64,000 nt of DNA from Eledone cirrhosa (lineage: Eukaryota): assembly GCA_964016885.1 (NCBI GenBank), contig CAXHJY010001706.1, forward strand, positions 44,105-108,104, written 5' to 3'. The notes under the pieces were generated by a model. The model searched no databases. It was given only the letters and a program-made list of their open reading frames with translations, and was not told the DNA's origin. Position numbers and translations under genes: made by a program. This document shows positions 1 to 15,561 of the stretch, piece after piece; the stretch's first letter is position 1, and each line of letters begins with the position of its first letter.

Positions 1-2152
1 TCTGAGGCCTCTGTCTGAGGTTCTGATGCCTCTGTCTGATGTCCTGATGCCTCTGTCTGATGTTCTGAGGCCTCTGTCTGATGTTCTGTAGCCTCTGTCT
101 GGTGTCCTAATGCTTCTGTCTGATGTTCTGATACCTCTGTCTGATGTTCTGAGGCCTCTGTCTGATGTTCTGAGGCCTCTGTCTGATGTTCTCATGCCTC
201 TGTCTGGTGTGCTGATGCTTCTGTCTGATGTCCTGATAACTCTGTCTGATGTTCTGATGCCTCTGTCTGATGTTCTGATGCCTCTGTCTGATGTCCTGAT
301 GCCTCTGTCTGATGTTCTGATTCCTCTGTCTGATGTTCTGATGCCTCTGTCTGATGTCCTGATGCCTCTGTCTGATGTTCTGATACCTCTGTCTGATGTT
401 CTGATGCCTCTGTCAGATGTTCTGATGCCTCTGTCTGATGTTCTGATACCTCTGTCTGATGTTCTGATGCCTCTGTCTGATGTTCTGATGCCTCTGTCTG
501 ATGTTCTGAGGCCTCTGACTGATGTTCTGATGCCTCTATCTGATGTCTGATGCCTCTGTCTGGTGTCCTGATAACTCTGTCTAATGTTCTGATGCCTCTG
601 TCCGATGTCCTGATAACTCTGTCTAATGTTCTAATACCTCTGTCTGATGTTCTGATACCTCTGTCTGATGTTCTGATGCCTCTGTCTGATGTCTTGATGC
701 CTCTGTCTGATGTTCTGAGGCCTCTGTCTGATCTTCTGTGTCCTCTGTTTGGTGTTCTGATACCTCTGTCTGATGTTCTGAGGCCTCTGTCTGACGTTCT
801 GAGGCCTCTGTCTGACGTTCTGAGGCCTCCGTCTGATGTTCTGTGTCCTCTGTCTGATGTCATGATGCCTCTGTCTGATGTTCTGATGCCTCTGTCTGAT
901 GTTCTGAGGCATCTGTCTGATGTTCTGATACCTCTGTCTGATGTTCTGATGCCTCTGTCTGATGTTCTGAGGCCTCTGTCTGATGTTCTGATGCCTCTGT
1001 CTGATGTTCTGAGGCCTCTGTCTGATGTTCTGAGATCTCTGTCTGATGTTCTGAGGCCTCTGTCTGATGTTCTGAGGCCTCTGTCTGATGTTCTCATGCC
1101 TCTGTCTGGTGTGCTGATGCTTCTGTCTGATGTCCTGATAACTCTGTCTGATGTTCTGATGCCTCTGTCTGATGTTCTGATGCCTCTGTCTGATGTCCTG
1201 ATGCCTCTGTCTGATGTTCTGATTCCTCTGTCTGATGTTCTGATGCCTCTGTCTGATGTCCTGATGCTTCTGTCTGATGTTCTGATACCTCTGTCTGATG
1301 TTCTGATGCCTCTGTCAGATGTTCTGATGCCTCTGTCTGATGTTCTGATACCTCTGTCTGATGTTCTGATGCCTCTGTCTGATGTTCTGATGCCTCTGTC
1401 TGATGTTCTGAGGCCTCTGACTGATGTTCTGATGCCTCTATCTGATGTCTGATGCCTCTGTCTGGTGTCCTGATAACTCTGTCTAATGTTCTGATGCCTC
1501 TGTCTGATGTCCTGATAACTCTGTCTAATGTTCTAATACCTCTGTCTGATGTTCTGATACCTCTGTCTGATGTTCTGATGCCTCTGTCTGATGTCTTGAT
1601 GCCTCTGTCTGATGTTCTGAGGCCTCTGTCTGACGTTCTGAGGCCTCTGTCTGACGTTCTGAGGCCTCCGTCTGATGTTCTGTGTCCTCTGTCTGATGTC
1701 ATGATGCCTCTGTCTGATGTTCTGATGCCTCTGTCTGATGTTCTGAGGCATCTGTCTGATGTTCTGATACCTCTGTCTGATGTTCTGATGCCTCTGTCTG
1801 ATGTTCTGAGGCCTCTGTCTGATGTTCTGATGCCTCTGTCTGATGTTCTGAGGCCTCTGTCTGATGTTCTGAGATCTCTGTCTGATGTTCTGAGGCCTCT
1901 GTCTGATGTTCTGAGGCCTCTGTCTGATGTTCTGAGGCCTCTGTCTGATGTTCTGAGGCCTCTGTCTGATGTTCTGAGATCTCTGTCTGATGCTCTGAGG
2001 CCTCTGTCTGATGTTCTGAGGCCTCTGTCTGATGTTCTGAGGCCTCTGTCTGATGTTCTGAGGCCTCTGTCTGATGTTCTGAGATCTCTGTCTGATGTTC
2101 TGAGGCCTCTGTCTGATGTTCTGAGGCCTCTGTCTGATGTTCTGAGGCCTCT
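1..2152. repeat. 21-bp minisatellite (TCTGATGTTCTGAKGCCTCTG)n, ~100 units, with a 902-bp higher-order duplication; runs off the window start
   Basis: Direct tandem periodicity. The variant block CTCATGCCTCTGTCTGGTGTGCTGATGCTT recurs at 191 and 1093, and the 1-bp-deleted unit recurs at ~545 and ~1447. Confidence 0.97.
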
Positions 2153-2179
2153 GCCAGTTCACCGCCAATTATAAGGGTT

Positions 2180-2380
2180 TCTGATTCGAACACAAGGTCG
2201 ACAGTTTTAGGGGAGGGAAAATCGATTCAATAGACTCCAGTGCGTGACTGGTACTTTATTTTATCAACTCCGTATGGATGAAAGGCAAAGTTAACCTCGG
2301 CAGGATTTGGATTCGGAATGTAAAGGGACGTAACTCCACATTGCAAAGCATTTTGTCTGACACTCGACTGATTCTGCCCA
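2180..2380 (-). mobile_element. Degenerate tRNA-derived SINE (Octopus-type)
   Basis: Minus strand reads GGCAGAATCAGTCGAGTGTCAGACAAAATGCTTTGC...ATTCCGAATCCAAATCCTGCCGAGGTTAACTTTGCCTTTCATCC, with an A/B-box-like head. Matches my recollection of the abundant octopus SINE consensus (not searched). Confidence 0.7.
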
Positions 2381-2758
2381 AACCAATTATAATATAGTTA
2401 TAAACACTTTAAAACTACAAGTGCAAGTTCTGTATGACAGAAAAAAAGGGAGATGTGGAAGATGGTATAAAAAAATTGACAAAATAGTTTGGCTGATATT
2501 TCAAAACTTTCTGTCCCAACAACATATTTCATATAATTCGCAAATTATGTCTGACGGCAAATAATTATTAGAAACTGTGGAGGAAAGCTATATTTGTGTT
2601 GTAAGAAGTCTGGGAATCTAACAAAAAGGAAAGCTAGTCAAATAGAAGCAAGACTTCCATGGATAAGTATGTCTACAGAGGTAAGATTATCAAATACTGC
2701 TTTGCAACCCATAAATCAAATAGCTCTTCTTATGAAGGAATGGCTGTTAAACCCACTT

Positions 2759-2892
<134 letters not shown>

Positions 2893-3057
2893 TAAATGTA
2901 ATCCGAGTTTTTCGAATATTAATAATAATATTTTTAAAGCCATGCCAGTAGAATGAACCCCTCATTATACTGACATGGCTTTAAAAGTGAGGCTGTTTGC
3001 ATAATTGCAAACGAATTGAATATTATTATTAATATTCGAAAACTGACATTACATTTA
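2893..3057. mobile_element. MITE-like element with ~40-bp imperfect terminal inverted repeats and an internal hairpin
   Basis: TAAATGTAAT..GTTTTTCGAATATTAATAATAATATT pairs with AATATTATTATTAATATTCGAAAACT..ATTACATTTA. Internal inverted repeat TTTAAAGCCATG/CATGGCTTTAAA. Confidence 0.65.
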
Positions 3058-3124
3058 TTGTATTTAGCCATGTAGAGCGATAATTAAAAAAAAAATTATA
3101 ATTGGAGCAACCCCGAATTAATAA

Positions 3125-6100
3125 ATGAATATGAATTCGCGAGCTACCAAGCACCCATGCAAAGCTTTAATTCAGAGACAGGAAGCATACACACACCCCC
3201 TGCAAAAAATTTACCCTTTCCCACGAATGTTGGCAAATGCCCAAAACTCCGAGTTGGAATCATCAATGTAAGCACAATGAAAGAAAGAGCAGGAGAAATC
3301 GTAGAGATGCTAGAGTGAAAGGAAATTGATGTATGCTGTGTGCAAGAGACTAGATGAAGAGGAGAGTTTGTTAGAATCTTTGTAGGCAAAAGTCAGTGCT
3401 ACAAATTTTTCTGGGTGGGAAATGACGATGGGATGGGTGGTGTAGGTATCCTACTAGCTGACAAAGGGGTAGATAAGGTAATCTCAGTGAACAGGGTGAA
3501 TGCAAGAATCATTTAACTTAGACTAGTCCTGAATAAAACACGCACCCCAATCAGGGTTGCCAGACAAACTTAAAGATAGGTTTTACGAGTCCCTACTCGA
3601 GCACACTACTGCTCTAACAAACGACAATGACTTCCTAATCATTGCAGGAGATTTTAACGGACACGTAGGTAAACACCGTGACGGCTTCTATAGACTCCAT
3701 GGAGGCCACGGGGTTGGCACAAGAAATAAAGAAGGCTTCAGGCTTCTAGAATTCTGCGACGCCAATGACATGTCCATATGTAGCACAAACTTCAAAAAAC
3801 CCGATAACCACCTGTTCACCTATAGATCAGGGGAGCATTCTAGTCAGATAGATTTTATCCTTATCAGAGGACGTGACAGATGGATGGTCCTAAACACAAA
3901 AGTCTTCCCTAGTGAAGAATGTACCTCCCAACATAGCTTAGTTGTCAGCGACCTCATGGTCAGAACTAGACGAACTTGGAAACAGAAGCCAACCTGGAGA
4001 AGAAAGATCTGGAAGCTGAAAGACCCCTTAGCAAGTCACAGATTTAAAGATATTTTACTCAACGCCTATGACAGTAAAGAAGATAGAGACATCCAATGTA
4101 GAAGAGCACTGGGATTTCCTAAAAAATAACTTACTAAAGGCGACGGATGAGATCTGTGGCTGGAGTAAGACCACAGGCAGGAGGAGAGTGACTTGGTGGT
4201 GGAACAATAAGGTATATGAGGCAGTTAAGGCCAAGAGACAGGCCTGGAAAGAATGGAAGAACGGGGGAAGCAGGGTACATTACATAGAGACCAGGAGGGA
4301 AGCTAGGCGACAAGTATACTTAGCTAGGAGGGAAGCGGAGGATAGAAAATTCAAGCATGTTTTACAACGTGAGGACCAGAAACAAGAGGTGTTCAAGATT
4401 GCGAGGCAGTGTATCAGAGAGAATTGTGATGTCATTGGAGAGAAGTGTATCCGGAATGATAAAGGTGAGCTTGTCCTCACAAGTGCTGAGAAGAAAGATG
4501 CGTGGAAGAGCCATTATGAAAGATTACTAAATGAGGAGAATGCATGGAAAGAAGAGACCCTACCCCAAGTAGACCCTATAGAGGGGCCAGCAGTACAAGT
4601 CAGCAGCAGCGTAGTAAGTAAGGCAATCAAAGATATGAAGACAGGGAAGGAAACCGGTCCATCGGGTATAGCTGCCGAGATGCTGAAGGCATCTGGGTCG
4701 GTAGGTCACACAATAACCACACGTATTGTTAACCAGGTAATACTAGAAGGTGGCATACCAAAGGATTGGTGCAGCAGCATCATTGTCAACTGCTACAAGG
4801 GTAAAGGTGATGCACTAGATAGAGAAAACTGTAGAGGTATAAAGCTGATGGACCAGGTCATGAAAGTAACAGAAAGAGTTATAACACAGTTGATTAGGGA
4901 ACGGGTGAAACTAGATGAGATGTAATTTGGGTTTGTGCCAGGAAAAGACACCACTGATGCCCTCTTCCTTGTGAAGCAGTTACAGGAAAAGTACCTAGCT
5001 AAAAGTAAGCCGCTCTACCTGGCATTCGTCGATCTCGAGAAAGCCTTTGACAGGGTTCCACGTGCTGTAATCTGGTGGGCTCTTAGAAAACTAGGAGTAG
5101 ATGAATGGCTTGTGAAAGCTGCACAAGCCATGTATAGGGGAGCAGTCAGCAAAGTTAGGATTAGCAATGACTATAGCGAGGAATTAGGCATACAGGTTGG
5201 TGTCCACCAGGGCTCTGTTCTTAGCCCTCTCCTGTTCATCATAGTTTTGCAGGCAATAACGGAGGAGTTTAAGACCGGATGCCCATGGGAACTCCTGTAT
5301 GCTGATGACCTCGCACTTATAGCTGAATCTATGGTAGAACTATAGAAAAAATTCCAAACTTGGAAGAAGGGACTAGAAAGAAAGGGTCCAAAAGCCAACC
5401 TGATAAAGACTAAGGTCCTTGTAAGTAGATGAGAAAACAGAACCCAGATCCCCTCAGGGAAATGGCCTTGCTCAGTATGTAGGAAAGGTGTAGGTAGGAA
5501 CTCCAGTCTCTGCCCCAAATGCAAACAATGGGTACACAAGAGATGTAGTGGGATCTCAGGAAACTTAACTAAGAATGTAGGCTTCACATATAGTAGCTGT
5601 GCTGGGACAGCAAGCAGCAAACAGCCACAGGAAACAAGTACCACCAATCTCTGGGAGGGCTCTGTAGAAACAGTAGACAGCTTCTGCTACCTAGGTGACC
5701 GAATTAGCAGCGGAGGTGTGTGTTCGGAAAGTACAATAACTAGGGTAAGAACGGGATGGAAGAAGTTCAGGGAGCTACTACCACTGCTCGCTACAAAAGG
5801 CTTTTCCCTCAAAATGAAAGGCAGACTGTATGATGTGTGTATCCGAACAGCGATGTTGCATGGTAGTGAGACCTGGGCGCTGAAGGTGGAAGACTTGCGT
5901 AGATTAGAAACGAAGCCTGCAAGCTCCGATGGATGTGTAATAGTAATATACGCGAACGACAAAGCATAAACGAATTGAGAGAGAGACTGAGCATAAGAGG
6001 AATCAAATGCTGTGTGCAGGAGAGGTTGTTGCGCTGGTATGGACATGTGATGCGTATGAAGGATGACAGCTGCATAAAAAGGTGCAGAGCACTAGAAGTC

Positions 6101-6578
6101 AATGGAAACCGCGGAGTGGGGAGACCCAAGAAGACCTGGATGAGGTGATAAAAGCCGACCTTACCCAATTACACCTCTCAAAGGTGATGACACATGACCG
6201 TGACCTCTGGCGTCACGCAGTAATACAGAATACCCGACCTCCCACGGGTACAAGCCGAAGCTGAAGCATATAGACAATATGCCCCCACACCCGCCCACTG
6301 CAAAGTGGTCGTGGAGGTGCCACGGCAAAAAAGCACCCAGCCCACACTGTAAAGTGGACGTGTAGACGCCACGGAAAAAAGCACCCAGCACTCACTGTAA
6401 ATGAGGTTGGTGTTAGGAAGGGCATCCAGCTGTAGAAATCAAGCTAGAATCAATTCCCGTATGAGCAAGACAAGGTCAGCCGACCAGACACTGCCCACAA
6501 CAGGACAACCCGTCTAACCCATGCTAGCGTGGGTGGAGGAACGGACGTAAAACGGTGATGATGATGATGATGATGATG

Positions 6579-6580
<2 letters not shown>
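3125..6580 (+). mobile_element. RTE-clade LINE, near full length, pseudogenised (APE endonuclease + RT + PHD-like finger), (GAT)n tail
   Basis: APE motifs (VCCVQETR, IIAGDFNGHVG, SQIDFIL), RT motifs ([30 protein letters not shown]), C-terminal [17 protein letters not shown]. Several stops and frameshifts. Ends GGACGTAAAACGGT(GAT)n. Confidence 0.95.
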
Positions 6581-6625
<45 letters not shown>

Positions 6626-6631
6626 TATATA

Positions 6632-7272
6632 AGAGACTTATGGTTGGAGCTTTGGTGACTTAGTGTGGAACAGCACGGTAGATAGTCATTAGACAAAAGA
6701 CAAGCATGGAAGGATTGGGAAAATGGGTGGAGTAGAAACCGGTATTCAGCTGCCTAAAGAGAAGCTAGACGTCAAGTATACTTAGCACGCAGGGAAGCTG
6801 AGAATAGGAGGTTTGTGAATGTTTTATAACAAGAGGCTCAGAGAATTGAGGTGTGCTGCATTGCAAAGCAGTGTGTCAGTGTAAATCAAGATGTTGTTGG
6901 AGATAGTGAAAGCTATGTGCAAGCCATATACAGAGGTACTGTCAGTAAAGTCAGGGTAGGAATGGAGTTTAGTGAGGAATTCCAGATACAAGTAGTTTAT
7001 CAGGGTTCAGTCCTCAGCCCACTCTTATTCATTATAGTTCTCCAAGTCATAACAGAGGAGTTTAAGATTGGCTGTCCATGGGAACTTCTCTATGCTGACG
7101 ATCTGGTTCTTATAGCAGAATCAGTAGAAGAGCTAGAGAATAAATTCTGGCTTGGAAACAACAGTTGGAATCAAGACGACTGAGAGTGAACCTAGCTAAG
7201 ACTAAAGTGTTGATAAGTAAGAAAGAGGACGAAACTCTGATTCCATCAGGGAAATGGCCATGTTCATTATGT
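6632..7272 (+). mobile_element. Internally deleted, degenerate RTE LINE fragment
   Basis: Homologous to 4180-4445, then jumps to the RT region ([26 protein letters not shown]). Confidence 0.9.
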
Positions 7273-7275
7273 GTG

Positions 7276-7309
<34 letters not shown>

Positions 7310-7312
7310 TAA

Positions 7313-7343
<31 letters not shown>

Positions 7344-7344
7344 A

Positions 7345-7375
<31 letters not shown>

Positions 7376-7378
7376 TAT

Positions 7379-7560
7379 AATATAAGATCAAAAGATGGTT
7401 AAAGGAGTTCAATATATTTTATTATGCGCATTTCAAAAACAAACATCATCAAACAATAATATTTGTGTTTTCATCAGATAAAACAGGAGAACATGATATG
7501 AAGGCTAAAAAAACACTTGTTGATAGTGCAGTTTTAAATCAACATATAAAACTCACCTCC

Positions 7561-7565
<5 letters not shown>
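7379..7565 (-). mobile_element. Solo pLTR fragment of PLE family 1 plus 20 nt of the opposite-orientation terminal tail
   Basis: 7379-7546 is the reverse complement of ~23725-23892. 7547-7565 (AAAACTCACCTCCTACATA) is the reverse complement of 21123-21142. Confidence 0.88.
7415..7485 (-). ncRNA. Minimal type-I hammerhead ribozyme (PLE family 1)
   Basis: Reverse complement of the hammerhead at 23786-23856. Confidence 0.85.
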
Positions 7566-8716
<1,151 letters not shown>

Positions 8717-8717
8717 T

Positions 8718-9326
8718 GTCAGGTCACCAGTTGGTGCTACTGGTAACATGTATCCCAGTACAACCTGTCCCATGGTCGGGTCGTTGGCGACTAAACTGGC
8801 AACCCCACCAAGGTTTCTTGGTGAGGAGGGTGACTTTGGACATCCTGCAGGACTAAAAACAAAACCTGTCAAAGGGCAAAGGAGCTCTTAAGAGTCAATG
8901 GCCATCCAAAATCACCGGGAGAGATGACCCCTTAGCCTTTGTCAAGGCAGAATTCTAGGAGAAGGAAAACTCTGATATAACACCTGCAACCCTGATGGTA
9001 TCCAATGATGTTGACTTGTTCTTCTTTTTGGTAAATATCATCTTGGTTAAGAGAGTGGGACTGGCTTTGTGCAGTGCCTTTGCTCACTATAAAAGCTTCA
9101 CGGCACAGGCATTGCTTTATATCTGGAGATCTCTCTGCACTTGTCGTCACATGGTACCATGGGCCCAGCACTATGTGTCAGTAATTGTCACAAGTGTAGT
9201 GTTTGTACCAGAGTTTTCAAGTCGCTGGCTGGACTAAAAAGTCACACTCGTTCAGCGCATCGGTAGGGGTTCTCCTACATGGATATAAAGTAGTGGCCGT
9301 ACTCGAAAACGAGTTGGCAGCCACCA
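8718..9326 (+). mobile_element. Non-autonomous bipartite RTE-derived retroposon (5'UTR-like part + 3' end), copy 1
   Basis: Contains the RTE 5'UTR-like motif CTAGGAGAAGGAAAACTCTGA. The 3' part encodes a C-terminal zinc-finger remnant ([16 protein letters not shown]) and ends with the RTE-type hairpin CTCGAAAACGAG-TTGGCAGCCA. Second copy at 13557-14175. Confidence 0.7.
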
Positions 9327-10458
<1,132 letters not shown>

Positions 10459-12690
10459 TAACTTTGAATAACTTTGAAATGTTTTGGCCAGTATTGGTCC
10501 AGGCCATGTCTAACTTAATAGCACCACCTGGCGAAGTCTTTCAATTCAGGATTTGGGCACCATGGCCCATTCGAGAAGAGAATTACTGTTTGCGGAGACA
10601 TATCCGGGTGTGGGTGGTTTGTCCGGGATTACTTGGAGGAATTTGTCCAAAGACTTCTTGAATTTTGTGTGGTCAGTTTCTGTTTTGACGTGTCCTGGTG
10701 TGATGTTGAAGAGAGCAGGGCCGATTGAGGTGAAATAATTGTGCCGTATTGTTGTTATGAGTTGCGATTTAGATTTTTGAATGGGACGGATAGCACGGGG
10801 CCCAAGCCTTGGGTGTATCTTGAAGGCGATGCCAACATCATTTGGGCAGTGATGATGGAACATTTTCCACATCATGCAGATAATATAACGCTCACGGCGA
10901 CGTTGGAGTGAGTAAAGTTTCAGGTTTTCCAATCGACCCCAGTAGTCAAGGTCTGACATGCCATCTATCTTTTTCGTGATTGCCCTTTGAGGAGCTTCAA
11001 GTTTCATGATACTTTGTTTCGTGTGGGGAGACCACAGTGGACAACAGTATTCAAGGTGTGGTCGGGCGAAAGTAGAGAAGAGAAGGATAATGGTGCGGGA
11101 ATCTCTCGACTGGAAGGTTCTGAGGATCCAGGAACACATTCTGCGGGCCATGTCAACTTTGCTGCTTATATGCGTGGTCCAGCTTATGTTGCTGTCCACG
11201 GTTACTCCCAAGTCTCTAATGTTGTTAGATGCCACGAGAGTTTCCCCGGAGGGAAGGGAGTACGGGAGTTTCAGAGCATCCTCTTTTCCAAAGTGGATCA
11301 GTTCGAATTTGTCTTCGTTCAGTAACATGTTGTTCTTTTCTGCCCATTGGGTAACAGCCAGTAGGTCTGACTGAAGGCTTATCCGGTCATCCACGCCATT
11401 GATGACCTTTTGGAGCTTGGCATCATCAGCGAAAATTTTAATGTTGCTGTGTTTGATGATGTCAGTGATGTCATTAATATAGATGATGAAGAGAAGTGGG
11501 CCCAACACAGTGCCTTGTGGGACTCCACTACTGACTTTGGCTGGGCTTGATTTGACTCCCTCAACTACAACATGTTGGGTTCTGTTTGACAGGAAGCTCT
11601 TGATCCACTGCAGCAGCTTTCCAGTGACACCAATATTGGACAGCTTTCTCAGTAGAATGTTATGATCAACCCTGTCAAAGGCCTTGCTGAAATCAAGGTA
11701 GATAACATCAGTGTTGGAACCCTCTCCCAAGGCTCTCAAAATGTCATCAAAGTGATGCAGTAGTTGCGTCAGGCAATCCCTTCCATTACGGAATCCATGC
11801 TGGTTGGAGTTCAGCATATTGTTACTCTCAAGGAAGTGGGTCATTCGCGATCTCACCACTCGCTCAAATACCTTAATGATATGAGAGGTGAGTGAGATTG
11901 GACGGTAATTCACGACAAGGGATTTGTTTCCCTTTTTGAAACTGGGACAACAGACTGGATAGAAGGTTTTCTGGCACATATCCAGCATCCAGTGAGTTCC
12001 GCCACAGATTGGCAAGAGGAGAAGCAAGTTGGTGTTGACACGCCTTCAAGACACAAGCAGGGAACCTATCGGGACCTACTGCTGAATTATGCTTGATTTC
12101 CTTTATTGCCGCCAAGACATCAGGGGCGCCAAACGTTATGTCCGATAAGGTGTAATGGGGAGTAACATCGCCGATACAGCCCAGATCGGCCATATCAGGA
12201 TTGCTGAAAACAGAGCAGTATTGTTTCTGCAGTATCTCACCCATGGTTTTAGCATTGTCTTGAAGAGTGCCATTTTCATCAATTAGAGGGCCAACAGTAG
12301 AGCCAGTGATTTTGTGTTTTTTTGCAAATGAAAAGAACACTTTGGGATTGAGTTTGATCTTCTCAATGGCCCAGGCCTCTTCAGCTCTTCTCTGATTGTT
12401 GATGAGGGACATTATGTTGTTTTGGAGGTTATGTTTTTTAATCTCTAGTGATGAAATGGCAGTCAAGTTGATGTGTTGCTGCTGACAGTATTTCAGCTTG
12501 TTGATTTTTTTGTTCGTTCTCTTAATTTTTCTGATGAGTGTTTTTCTATTTCTAGGGATTCTGCTCTTAGATTTGTTTATAGTTCTTAATGGGGTGTGTT
12601 TAGCACATATGTTTGTAACAGTGTCCACAAATGTCTGCCAGGACTTTTGATGTTAGTGGGTGTATGAGTGTGCGTGAAGGACCAGTCGAC

Positions 12691-12692
<2 letters not shown>
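10459..12692 (-). mobile_element. CR1-group LINE family A, 5'-truncated copy
   Basis: Near-identical reverse complement of 34508-36734. RT motifs [23 protein letters not shown]. Tail (TTCAAAGTTA)2. Two 1-bp homopolymer frameshifts. Confidence 0.95.
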
Positions 12693-12735
<43 letters not shown>

Positions 12736-12741
12736 TGTATG

Positions 12742-12773
<32 letters not shown>

Positions 12774-12779
12774 TGTATG

Positions 12780-12811
<32 letters not shown>

Positions 12812-12813
12812 TG

Positions 12814-12859
<46 letters not shown>

Positions 12860-12923
12860 TGTATGTATATATATATATATACATATATGTATGTATATAT
12901 ATATATATATATATACATATATG

Positions 12924-12969
<46 letters not shown>

Positions 12970-13345
12970 TGTATGTATGTATATATATATATATATATAT
13001 ACATATATGTATGTATATATATATATATATATATACATATATGTATGTATATATATATATATATATATACATATATGTATGTATATATATATATATATAT
13101 ATATACATATATGTATGTATATATATATATATATATATACATATATGTATGTAATATATATATATATATATATATACATATATATGTATGTATATATATA
13201 TATATACATATATGTATGTATATGTATATATATATATATACATATATGTATGTATATATATATAGATATATATATACTTAATGTATGTATATATATATAT
13301 ATACATATATGTATGTATATATATATATATATATATACATATATG

Positions 13346-13383
<38 letters not shown>

Positions 13384-13556
13384 TGTATGTATATATATAT
13401 ACATATATGTATGTATATATATATATATATACATATATGTATGTATATATATATATATATATATACATATATGTATGTATATATATATATATATATATAC
13501 ATATATGTATGTATATATATATATATATATATACATATATGTATGTATATATATAT
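12693..13556. repeat. Interrupted (TA)n array
   Basis: Direct sequence. Confidence 0.97.
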
Positions 13557-14175
13557 GTCGGGTCACCAGTTGGTCACCAGTTGGTGCTACTGGTAACATG
13601 TATCCCAGTACAACCTGTCTCATGGTCGGGTCGTTGGCGACTAAACTGGCAAACCCACCAAGGTTTCTTGGTGAGGAGGGTGACTTTGGACATCCTGCAG
13701 GACTAAAAACAAGACCTGTCAAAGGCAAAGGAGCTCTTAAGAGTCAATGGCCATCCAAAATCACAGGGAGAGATGACCCCTTAGCCTTTGTCAAGGCAGA
13801 ATTCTAGGAGAAGGAAAACTCTGATATAACACCTGCAACTCTGATGGTATCCAATGATGTTGACTTGTTCTTCTTTTTGGTAAATATGATCTTGGTTAAG
13901 AGAGTGGGACTGGCTTTGTGCAGTGCCTTTGCTCACTATAAAAGCTTCACGGCACAGGCATTGCTTTATATCTGGAGATATCTCTGCACTTGTCATCACA
14001 TGTACCATGGGCCCAGCACTATGTGTCAATAATGGGTCACCAGTGGGGTGTTTGTGCCAGAGTTTCAAGTCGCTGGCTGGACTAAAAAGTCACACTCGTT
14101 CAGCGCATCGGTAGGGGTTCTCCTGCATGGATATAAAGTAGTGGCCGTACTCGAAAACGAGTTGGGCAGCCACCA
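13557..14175 (+). mobile_element. Non-autonomous bipartite RTE-derived retroposon, copy 2
   Basis: Same ends as 8718-9326, with a few percent divergence and an 11-bp duplication (GGTCACCAGTT)2 at the 5' end. Confidence 0.7.

Positions 14176-15560
<1,385 letters not shown>

Positions 15561-15561
<1 letters not shown>

Noticed and set aside
110-2193. Heptad-repeat ORFs (PLSDVLM / EASEHQT / RQRPQNI)
   Set aside because: Open on both strands only because the 21-bp unit is a multiple of 3; frames are broken by 1-bp indels.
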